Positions 1 to 8,918 are shown, counted from the stretch's first letter. The stretch: DNA of 11,356 nucleotides from Tubiluchus corallicola (GCA_030141605.1 JAQGDQ010002177.1:1-11356), one strand, 5' to 3'. The notes: generated by a model not told the origin, from the sequence alone. A program made the numbers and translations.

Positions 1-80
1 ATGAAAAATCATCCTGATTTTAACGCATTTAACACAAAATCGTATACTATGTTAAATGCGATTTTATCATAAAATCATAC

Positions 81-408
81 AATAGTAACATCGAGATTGA
101 ACAGTGGTGAGATGGGAGAAATGCTGTAAAATAGAAGAGTAACATCGAGATTGAACAGTGGTGAGATGGGAGAAATGCTGTAAAATAGAATAGTAACATC
201 GAGATTGAACAGTGGTGAGATGGGAGAAATGCTGTAAAATAGAAGAGTAACATCGAGATTGAACAGTGGTGAGATGGGAGAAATGCTGTAAAATAGAATA
301 GTAACATCGAGATTGAACAGTGGTGAGATGGGAGAAATGCTGCAAAATAGAATAGTAACATCGAGATTGAACAGTGGTGAGATGGGAGAAATGCTGCAAA
401 ATAGAATA
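81..408. repeat. 54-bp minisatellite, 6 tandem copies
   Basis: Unit AA(T/G)AGTAACATCGAGATTGAACAGTGGTGAGATGGGAGAAATGCTG(T/C)AAAATAG starts at 81, 135, 189, 243, 297 and 351. Only two positions vary and there are no spacers. Confidence 0.97.
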
Positions 409-663
409 ATTGAAATCTAGTCTGGTATCATAAAAATAATAAGGTTTTAACCCATTTAGCGTATTTATTGAGCAGGTTTTATCATCAAGACAAATGTTTT
501 ACAACAATTCAATGTAGTTGCTGAACATTTTTGACAAAAATGTCCTTTCCCGCTGCTATTTTGTCAGGTTCACTGTCACAATAACTTGCGGTCAAATGTC
601 ACTGGTCTAATATTCTTCATTTGTTCTCTATTTCACCAGTCAGGTTATCCTCCTAATACAGGA

Positions 664-729
664 AGCAGTAGCAGTAGCAGTAGCAGTAGCACTAGCAGTA
701 GCAGTAGCAGTAGCAGTAGCAGTAGCAGT

Positions 730-782
<53 letters not shown>

Positions 783-804
783 CAGTAGTAGTAGCAGTAG
801 TAGT
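664..804. repeat. Compound microsatellite (AGCAGT)n/(AGC)n/(AGT)n, probably the tail of the adjacent LINE
   Basis: Seen directly. It abuts the minus-strand AATAAA at about 813-818. Confidence 0.95.
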
Positions 805-1090
805 AAAAAATCTTTATTTGCCATTTTAAAAACATTGACCATCATAATAAAAGACAGACAATCAGTGTTAGTTCATAAAAAACATACACTGTTCTAGGCA
901 AGTGCGTCTGGTGCAAGCTAAACTATAAGTGCAACTAGAAATTCAAAAATAAAGTATAAACTAGTTTAATAAGGTCTAGGAAAAATGAAATTATGATTTG
1001 AGTAAGTATCATCGTGTTCGTATGTCGGATATTCAAAACGAGTCATTAAATGTTTTTTTTTAATTTAGACTTGAATATTGATAAAGAGCT
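805..1090 (-). mobile_element. 5'-truncated CR1/L2-group LINE 3' end (ORF2 C-terminus and 3' UTR)
   Basis: The minus strand from 1090 reads SSLSIFKSKLKK, then (frameshift in an A-run) HLMTRF, resembling the S-L-x-x-F-K-x-x-L-K-x-x-L motif at the end of CR1/L2 ORF2. An AT-rich UTR, AATAAA and a microsatellite tail follow. Confidence 0.65.
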
Positions 1091-1794
1091 GTCTTTATCA
1101 TGTCGATAAAGATCATAAGTCTTTATCGACGTGCATATCCTTAGCTCACTAAGAAGTACAGCATGAGACTCCCTTAATATACGTGCCCACAAGGTTCACA
1201 ATTACGATGCCATCTGTACACAGAGAACTAAGACAACCCGAGGAGAGTAGTTTGATTTAAATTATAACGATATTATTAAATAAGCAAAACTCAGTAAATT
1301 CCGTCATTGAGTATTTTTATTCTTCAGCATTTTGCTTTACAGGCGAGTTCAGAAATTTCGGAAATAGACCCTAGTACAATACACACCTCACCGTGTCGAT
1401 AGTATCTTCATAAATAAGAACAAAAGATGAAACATTTCCTCATTGGATGAAAGCATAACACATTCATTGTGACCTTGATTATTAATGAGAGTTTTGTGGT
1501 TTTCAGTTCTGGATAGCTATAAACTATTTCTAATGTCCCTGTTTTTGTGGAATACGTAAAAATGGAGTATCGTTGTTCGTACGGAAGTAAACATATTGCA
1601 TTTTAAAATACTTTTTCTTATATTATCAGACAACAGTCGTGACACGCAGTAATTTCTGTTAAAACTATTAGGGCTTCATGTATAAACCATCTATCGTAAA
1701 GATATCGGAAGTATTTGTGTGAAGAAAAATCGGTGCCATGTAGACCAGGCTTAATATACGGCTAAGTAGAAAAACATCATGATTAAATTTTTAC

Positions 1795-1980
1795 CGTTAT
1801 TTATGGACGTTGTAAGTTTAATGCAAGCTGCGTGACGAGTACTACATTCCTTCACTTGGGTCATACGATGATCAAAGTGACCAGGGGTGCATCTTGACCT
1901 CATCATTGACTCGTCAACCAGATCCTTCCCGTTTGCCTCAGGTGACCACGAACAGGTAAAACAGCGTAGTGCTCTAACAA
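1795..1980 (-). CDS. Coding exon 2 of a Ly6/uPAR (three-finger; Quiver/Sleepless-like) protein: N-terminal half of the LU domain
   Basis: Acceptor TTTTGTTTCATTTTTCAG| (AG at 1982-1981) and donor ACG|GTAAAA (GT at 1794-1793); 186 nt, phase 1-1. Translation (V)VRALRCFTCSWSPEANGKDLVDESMMRSRCTPGHFDHRMTQVKECSTRHAACIKLTTSINN gives LxCxxC-x20-C-x14-C-x6-CxK, the LU/Quiver N-terminal cysteine pattern. Confidence 0.85.
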
Positions 1981-2025
1981 CTGAAAAATGAAACAAAATC
2001 ATTAAACGTGAACACTGAGCAACAC

Positions 2026-2190
2026 TGATTGATTGATTGGCTGATTGGCCACTTGGTTGCTTGGCCGCTTGGCCGCTTGGCCGCTTGGCCGCTTGGCCGC
2101 TCAGCTGGCTGGCTGGCTGACTGACTGACTGACTGACTGACTGACTGACTGTGTGTGTGTGTGTGTGTGTGCTGACTGACTGATTGATTA
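2026..2190. repeat. Compound simple repeat: (GATT)n, (TTGGCCGC)5, (GCTG)/(GACT)n, (GT)n
   Basis: Seen directly. Octamer at 2061-2100, (GACT)n at about 2117-2150, (GT)n at about 2150-2171. It abuts the 3' end of the LINE fragment. Confidence 0.93.
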
Positions 2191-2194
2191 TGAT

Positions 2195-2661
2195 GTTATT
2201 TCAGGCAAGAAAGTCCATATAAAAAATAAAATCATGAACCCGTGAAATTAAAATAGCCTTAACTAAAATCTAATTACTAGAAATAAAGTTTAAATTAATT
2301 ACAGACAAACACATGTATACAAACGATTATAGGAATATAATTACGTTTACACGATTATCACTTAATACACAATACATTAATCCACAATCAATAAACATAT
2401 TATTTAAAATTCATAAATTCAAGTAGTAAAATCGTTAGGTCTACGGAACATAAGTGACCTGCATTTCGCACGCAAAGTAGAATGAATATAAGCGTCACTC
2501 TGTAAAATAGATTTAATGTATAAATTAGAAGTATTAAAAAGTCTATTTCTAAAAGAAAATGCAAACTTGCGCATAAGTACGTTAAAATGTGGGATGCCTA
2601 AATATGCTGTCATTTCACGTGCACTGCAATCATGAGGAAGCGAAAAGAGTTTGAACAGGAT
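2195..2661 (-). mobile_element. 5'-truncated L2-group (Daphne/Crack-like) LINE 3' end
   Basis: Open frame 2661-2419 reads ILFKLFSLPHDCSAREMTAYLGIPHFNVLMRKFAFSFRNRLFNTSNLYIKSILQSD..., resembling the LPxxCSASxMF...F..LxRK...SF..RL..S.N..I C-terminus of invertebrate L2-group ORF2. The 3' end TATGGAC...GCCTGAAATAA is followed by a (CAAT/CAGT)n tail. The clade assignment is from recalled consensus. Confidence 0.75.
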
Positions 2662-3032
2662 TCACAACAAACAAGAACCAATTTTAGGTTTTCGTAAGGA
2701 AAAGGGGGCGGGCGAGGAAATGGGTAATCGCCCTCCCCTGGAAAGGAAAGTATTATATTGGAGTGCCGTCTGCTCATAGCGACCCACGGCCCACACCGTG
2801 CGGCATGTCTTAATTATGTCATTCAACGCCTCACCCACAAACAAAGATTGAATAATAGAGTCAGTCGAAATGACAATTTATTATTGAATTTTACACGTTA
2901 AATAAGGAACGACCAGCTTACCTACAGGGACAGAGTTTGCGAGAAAAGCCTGAGAAATGTGAACAGAGCTGCCCATGCTACGAAAGACACGACCACTGAC
3001 AAGGTCTACAGCAGACCTTCCCTTATTATAAG

Positions 3033-3124
3033 CTCAGGTGTGCACGTGACTAGTGGCTTTTACTAACACAAGGTCAGAATACGAGTCTGTGCTAGATAAA
3101 GCCACGTTCAGATGCACACCTGAG
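3033..3124. repeat. 92-bp imperfect foldback (degenerate MITE or hairpin)
   Basis: Perfect 12-bp inverted repeat CTCAGGTGTGCA (3033-3044) / TGCACACCTGAG (3113-3124), plus inner GTGGCTTT/AAAGCCAC and CTAACACA/TGTGCTAG pairing. Confidence 0.75.
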
Positions 3125-3294
3125 AAGTCTACTGTATTCCCCCGCCGGCATTACATTTCATTTCATCACAGCCCTGTACTACAATGTTAAAACTGTCTCA
3201 TACTATATATTTTTTCTGTTGTGTAGTTCTATGATTGCAGCATCGTGTGTTGTATTTATAAAACAAATGGGTTTCCTTCATAAAATATCCATAA

Positions 3295-3436
3295 ATTCAT
3301 ATTCATATTCATATGAATAGTCAGTCGGTCGATCGGTCGGTCGGTCGGTCGGTCAGTCAGTCAGTCAGTCAGTCAGTCAGTCAGTCAGTCAGTCAGTCAG
3401 TCAGTCAGTCAGTCAGTCAGTCATATTCATATTCAT
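3295..3436. repeat. (AGTC)n/(GGTC)n microsatellite embedded in an (ATTCAT)n repeat
   Basis: Tetranucleotide tract at 3319-3422, flanked on both sides by TCATATTCATATTCAT. Confidence 0.93.
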
Positions 3437-3891
3437 TTTTGATAAATATCATTCTATAAGTGAGGGCTACAAATTCGTTGAAACTTTAATTTCTGGCTAA
3501 AGCGGTTGTGTTGGATCGTTCAGAGACATCTGACGACGACAAACTAATTAATTCCCTCAGTGCTAGTTATACAATAATTGGTGTCCCTTGTAGTTATAAA
3601 GGTATAAAGAAAAATCATAAGCAAGAATAAACGTTGTACACTATATAAACATTTACACCAGCATAAAATAATATAGTATTATTGCTCATGTATACACACG
3701 GGTTGTGCAAACACCAAACATGCTTTTTATGACTTGAAATATATTGACTAGTTACTTATACACATAAAACAACCATCACAGATGTCCAGTTCACTCATTA
3801 TTACAGAGTTCGATACTTATTGGGTCGATGATTAAGTCTTATTAGAGGTAGGCCTACTAACTCATAAGAAATTGTACTAAAGATTTATGAT

Positions 3892-3998
3892 CAGGGCCTA
3901 TTTCAGAGCGGGGAAGTGAGGATACTTCCCCGGGGTCTCAACCTCCAGGGGGGTCTCGCGCCAAGGTAACTTTTTTGCTTTATGCGAACATACTGCCT

Positions 3999-4072
<74 letters not shown>

Positions 4073-4299
4073 CTTCCTCTCTTGCCGCACGCGCGCCGTT
4101 TGCCGCTATTGACAAGTATAAAGGACTGGTCTTGAAAATAAAGCAGTTTTTCTTTCAATTGTTCTTCCCTTTAACAACTGTATAACTCCATATTTTCTCT
4201 TCGAAAATCCTTCTCCGGCGTTCTAGCAGTTCAAAAGTTTTCCGAGGGGTCTCACACGCCCCACTTCCCCGGGCCTCACTTAGGCTGAAATACGCCCTG
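3892..4299. mobile_element. Non-autonomous hAT-like DNA transposon (MITE) with an internal (CT)n tract
   Basis: 15-bp TIRs CAGGGCCTATTTCAG (3892-3906) / CTGAAATACGCCCTG (4285-4299), 14/15 match. 8-bp TSD TTTATGAT (3884-3891) / TTTATGAC (4300-4307). Subterminal CGGGGAAGTG/CACTTCCCCG and GGGGTCTC motifs. CAGGG termini with an 8-bp TSD are typical of hAT. Confidence 0.85.
4002..4068. repeat. (CT)n microsatellite
   Basis: Seen directly. Confidence 0.97.
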
Positions 4300-4369
4300 T
4301 TTATGACTGTCAATGAATTGCAGCCTGAAATTCGAGATCGTACCCGTCAAAGAGTTACGTACATCAAGC

Positions 4370-4590
4370 TAAGTAAGTAAGTAAGTTGAAATTAAATAGA
4401 TGGATAGGTAAGCTGTGTATATAGGTAGGTTCGTATTTGGGTATGTCAGAGTAGGTATCTAAGTTAGTAAGTGGGTTGGTAGGTAGGTAGATAAGTGGAT
4501 GAGCAACCAGATAGACAGGTTAAGTACACATTAGATAAGTAGGTAGACATGTAAGTAGGTAGGTAGTAGGTACCTGGACAGATAGGCAAG
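4370..4590. repeat. Degenerate (TAAG/TAGG/TAGA)n low-complexity tract
   Basis: Recurrent GTAA, GTAG and ATAG tetramers. Confidence 0.75.
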
Positions 4591-4884
4591 TCACAAGTAC
4601 AAAATTTAATGATACGCAGCCAAATCTGCTTTCTCGAATCTAGAAGCTAACATGAAAACATCTAACAGTCACGCAAAAACGCAGTGATGAAGAGACATTT
4701 TTGAAGGTCATCTCTCACTGATGCGGAACATTTTCTAATACGATGCTTATGCGCTGACAGTCTCGCTTTGAGAACTTTATATTTTAATTTTTGTTGAAAG
4801 TGCAGCGTGAAAATGACATTAACTACACGGCTTAGTGAATATTAGGCGCAGTTCTTCAGCCTTCAGCAGTATACAGCCACACCA

Positions 4885-5118
4885 GGCGGTTTAGTCTAGC
4901 GGCAATGCGTCTGCTTTCCGTCTGGGAGGTCGTGAGTTCGAACCAGCGGCCGGGTCATACCAAAAACTTTAAAAATGGTACCTGCTGTTGCCCTGCCTGA
5001 CGCGTGGTATTTAGGGTAAAAGTGGGGTAATAATAGTCTCTGTTATGTAGTTGTAGGTTGTTATTTACAATTGGCGATAATAGTTCGATAATGACCCAAA
5101 AGCCGACTTTAAATAAAG
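4885..5118 (+). mobile_element. tRNA-derived SINE with a Meta-like central domain
   Basis: Pol III box A TAGTCTAGCGG (4892-4902) and box B GTTCGAACC (4936-4944). These are followed by CGGGTCATACCAAAAACTTTAAAAATGGTACCTGCTG..., which resembles the conserved Meta domain as I recall it, then AATAAA (5112-5117) and an (ATT)n tail. Confidence 0.85.
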
Positions 5119-5237
<119 letters not shown>

Positions 5238-5261
5238 GACGTTATCAATGATCAACCCTAG

Positions 5262-5445
5262 ATTTGTTTGTTGTTGGTCAGGCCTGTCTGCCTGCCTACT
5301 ACTTGCCTGCCTGTCTACTACTTGCCTGCCTTCCTGCGTCTGTCTTTCTGTTTCGCTGCTTGTCTAATTGTTTTTTGTTAATTCATTCGTTCACTTGTCT
5401 GTTTGCTCGTTTGTCTGAGTATTCGTCCATCAGTTTCTTTGTCCA
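5262..5445. repeat. Degenerate (GCCT/GTCT/GTTT)n low-complexity tract
   Basis: Recurrent tetramer periodicity. Confidence 0.7.
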
Positions 5446-5888
5446 TCATTACCCTGCAAGTATTTTTCTTAACACCTGCTAAAAATAAAACAAATACGAC
5501 GAAGCCAGTCATCCCAAACAGACGTCAATTGAGTAAAGTCACTTACACCCAGTATGTCCTTACTATTTCATCAGTAACTGTGCATGTATTTGACTAATAC
5601 AATTGCTTATAACGCCCAATGTCCACGTGATGCAGCCACAGAGTGCGGAAACCTGTTATAACAGCTAATAGAGCTGAGCTTCTCGGGCAAAATGACAGGG
5701 TGCATATGTATCGGGTTGTTAATGAAAATTACAGCCTAATTGCTATCAATTTACTACCGTAGCCAAAGTGATTCCTTTTACGCATTGTGGAGCAAATTGC
5801 CTCTACTATTTCACGCAGTCAAAGCATGATAGAGCTGACTTGAGTAAGGCAGAGCACGCAGTCGTGTACATTCAGCGCAAATATACAT

Positions 5889-6107
5889 ATTCCCTTGGTA
5901 GCAAAAATAGCATTGCCAACCATCGTGCTTACGCAAATGCTTTGCACTATAATTTATTCGGCCATACAGACAAAACTGTACAAATGTAGAAACATGTCTT
6001 TGATGCCAAGCTCTGGTCTGCAGCGTTGTTGCTATTAGGTTGTTATTACGCAGCGTTGTTTGCGTAAGCATGATGGTTGGCAATGCTATTTTTGTTACCA
6101 AGGGAAT
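5889..6107. mobile_element. 219-bp MITE-like element with 49-bp terminal inverted repeats
   Basis: ATTCCCTTGGTAGCAAAAATAGCATTGCCAACCATCGTGCTTACGCAAA (5889-5937) matches the reverse complement of 6059-6107 at 47/49 positions. No clear TSD, so the superfamily is unassigned. Confidence 0.75.
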
Positions 6108-7289
6108 TCTTAGTAGAGGCATTTCTCAGCCATCTCCTTCTCCCCCCCCCCGTTTTAACCACCGTGAGAAGATGAATTCGTAAATTTTTTTGTTAATGTC
6201 GTCGTGTCCAATTATGTCATGCGTTACATTAACACAATATTAATATTTTTGTCCACTGTAATTATTCTATATTCTTCTATATTTTAATTAATAAAATGAA
6301 CAGTTTGATATCGTTAATTTGGATTTTTTTAAATGCTAATAAAATAGTATTTTACAATTAATAGTATATTATGTTTACGGGGCTAATAATGCTGTATTTG
6401 TAAGAAGAAAACACAGTTAAAGTAAATCCTGTTGGGAGGTAAGTACATAGCAGTTACAAGTGTCCTTCTTTAAGCCTCCCTTTCTGGCCCTCATTACCCT
6501 CATATAAGATTTGCAAAAAATTAGCCTTTGATTTTTTTGTGTAGTTTGGCGAGCTGCAAACCGAAATTCAGTGCTCAGCAGCAGAGCAGTTGTCCATTGA
6601 TGTCTAGTTACGAAAAAAAATCACATCACATCTAGTAACCGGGATACAGTAACTATCATTACTTTGGGGAATAGCCAAAGTTTTTGTTAGGAATAAAACT
6701 GAGCATTGTTATAATATGTGAAGCAACATATTGGATAGAAATACAGTGAACTCTGCTATGACAGCGTGGAAACTAAGCTGACTTGCCAAGATGCCAGATG
6801 CTCTCAAATTCCCTTTCTAATCCATACGGCAGCTCCCTTAAATGCACTTGCCAGTAATGGAATTGATTAGGTATAACTGAGCATTGAGCTGTAATTATAA
6901 CTGAGTGAATTAAAAACCTTTTAATAATGAATTATGGTAACGAAACCATAATTCATTATTTCGTGTTCTAAAAATTATTCGTTTTTTTGCACATTTCATT
7001 ACTTTGCTCATTGCAATTACAAGATTAAATTTCTACAGGAAAAATGCCATCCATCATAGAGTCAGAGTGTGTAGTGGTGTCAGCAAATAGCACCTGTATC
7101 AGACGGTCAAGGTTTTGCATTAGCACCCTAGCCAAATGACTGCTCATTTCACGTAATAATTCCCGTGCAAAACGTGTAAATTTACAGGAAACCAGGAAGT
7201 CGCGGCTAGTTTGAAACTAAAGCACGTATAAATGCCTGAATTTTCCCGGTTTCCAACTCTTTTTATTTACTCTTCACAATAGAACTCAC

Positions 7290-7353
7290 CTGACAAACAC
7301 ATTAGCAGAAATGTAATGACACCAAGAGAATAGCGCCAAAGCCTTGTCTCCAT
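7290..7353 (-). CDS. Coding exon 1 of the Ly6/uPAR-like gene: signal peptide METRLWRYSLGVITFLLMCLS
   Basis: ATG at 7353 in gatATGg context (purine at -3, G at +4), 21 codons plus 1 nt, consensus donor CAG|GTGAGT. Basic n-region and hydrophobic core. Spliced to exon 2 it gives ...LLMCLSVVRA/LRCFTC, a plausible V-x-A cleavage site just before LxC. Confidence 0.82.
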
Positions 7354-7441
7354 ATCGCTTCTATGCAATCAAGTGTCTAACCAACCATGCTGATATGACC
7401 TTGCCTACTTTCTGCATCTCACACCGTGGCTTTTGGCAACC
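7354..7441 (-). promoter_or_regulatory. Putative 5' UTR part of the signal-peptide exon, containing two uORFs
   Basis: Candidate acceptor TTTTTGCAG|G at 7442/7441. uORFs at 7417-7361 (MQKVGKVISAWLVRHLIA*) and 7388-7377 (MVG*). Confidence 0.45.
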
Positions 7442-7741
7442 CTGCAAAAACTTCACATAGTAAACGCCAGATTACCAAAAAGGCCTGAAAGTCTCTACAT
7501 AATCAACTTTGAATTTAGTGCCATTCTTGATCATGTCAATTACGAACCGATGAAAATTTTCTTCTATAATAAATAAATTAACCTCATTTAATACCTCTCT
7601 ACACGGGTCTCAGAATTATATTCAAAATGTAATCCGCGTAAGAATCATACAACATATAGACAGCTCTCAGTTTTACAACATGACGATATTAAATGATTCA
7701 AAGTTAAACGAAATAAGACCAAAAACCACAGCAAACGCAAA

Positions 7742-8168
7742 ACAGTGAAAATATTGCAATGCAAATAATTGAAAATTCGATCACACGCACAGTAAAGCTA
7801 CGACTCCATGTGCGCGTAATGGAGACCTTAAGTCTAACTACCGGTTAGTCTACAACTAACGTTACAATGAAAACGTTGCGATGCAAACAATTGAAAATCC
7901 GATCACATGCACAGCAAAACTACGACTCCATGTGCGCGTAATGCGTGATTCGTAACGCGTGATGCGTATTCAGACGATAGCCATCACGTTCGAGTGAATA
8001 CGTATCACGCATCGCGCATTACAGGTTACGCATTACGTACACATGGAAACACTTTCACGTGTTTAAACATAAACTGTTATATGCGCATCACGCATTACGC
8101 GCACGTGGAGTCGTACCTTAAGTATAATTACCGGGCAGTCTACAACTAACGTTACAATGAAAAAGTTG
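7742..8168. repeat. Tandem duplication of an A-[MITE]-B unit
   Basis: 7756-7821 resembles 7878-7943, and 7825-7877 resembles 8115-8167. Confidence 0.88.
7918..8118. mobile_element. PIF/Harbinger-like MITE with heptameric subterminal repeats
   Basis: TACGACTCCATGTGCGCGTAATGCGTGAT (7921-7949) matches the reverse complement of 8087-8115 at 28/29 positions. The right end reads ...GTCGTACCT|TAA; the left flank is CAA here and TAA in the sister copy (7793-7795), consistent with a TAA TSD. Internal (GCGTRAT)n arrays occur in both orientations. Confidence 0.72.
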
Positions 8169-8918
8169 GTTTAAATATAATTTATTTAGGATTGGATCAG
8201 ACAGTTTGAACAACATGATTTAGGATCCTCACTACAACAGACTTTATAGTACAGTATTTACAAAACATTTACAGTAAGAATAGACTATAACTACACAAGC
8301 TGACAAGTTTTACTACAAGAATACATTAGACATTAGTAGAAAATGACGGTTAGAAAATATCAATGTACGGTTATTTAAGACTGGTGCATTTTATATCAGA
8401 TAGAAACTACTGGAAGCGTTTAGTACGTAATATAAAGTCATGTATGCATTGGAATATTTTACAGTTAGTAACATAGTTAAATTCATCTTTTACGAATAAT
8501 AACAACTTCAACAGATCATTATTTCCTAAGGCAGCTATATTAAGGTTTTCAGGCAGAAGTATTTCATTTAATTTATCAAACATAACAACCCTAGTTTGTT
8601 GATACAATGGGCAGTGCAAGAAAAAGTGTTCAACAGACTCAAATCGAAATCCACGGTTACAATTCGGTCAATACTCGATGACCGTTTTTATCTTTACAGC
8701 CTTTAGAGAGAAGGTCATAGTTTAGCTGAGAAAATCCGATTCTCATGCGCGTATGCTGCACAGAAATTGGAGGTTTACCAAATGAAAAATGTTTCTTACG
8801 CAACGAAAAATTAAATGAGATTTGAGCTCTTGTTTGAAGTGTGAAATGGATGTAATTTCACGAATGTTCTGTGGTAAGTTGTTCCACAAGTTAATGGTCG
8901 AAATGAAAAACGTTGAAT
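8169..8918 (-). mobile_element. 5'-truncated, frameshifted CR1-clade LINE 3' fragment
   Basis: Motifs occur in the expected order: STFFISTINLWNNLPQNIREITSISHFKQELK; SVQHTRMRIGFSQLNYDL; PNCNRGFRFESVEHFFLHCPLY (degenerate zinc-finger-like motif); NCKIFQCIHDFILRTKRF. A 3' UTR follows, ending AAATAAATTATATTTAAAC. Confidence 0.9.

Noticed and set aside
81-408. CRISPR array, or repeat-protein ORFs 47..361 and 67..399
   Set aside because: Head-to-tail units with no unique spacers, no cas genes and a eukaryotic context. The ORFs arise because the 54-bp unit lacks stops in those frames.
586-897. Poly-Ser/poly-Leu ORFs (likewise the poly-ER, poly-SL and poly-Tyr ORFs at 3898-4185, 5058-5261, 9911-10189 and 10319-10507)
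   Set aside because: These are translations of microsatellites, with no domain signal or supporting exon structure.
1618-1655. Candidate third exon EITACHDCCLII* after TTTTAACAG
   Set aside because: It stops after 12 codons with no CN motif or GPI signal, so it is likely chance.
1751-2002. The 83-aa ORF as a complete single-exon gene
   Set aside because: MILFHFS is the translated polypyrimidine tract and KNLIMMFFYLAVY is read-through past the donor. Only 1795-1980 is exonic.
3525-3545. Hammerhead ribozyme core (CTGACGA)
   Set aside because: No stem II followed by GAAA and no supporting stems.
4885-4955. Functional tRNA gene
   Set aside because: No proper acceptor stem or oligo-T terminator, and it continues into a SINE body and tail.
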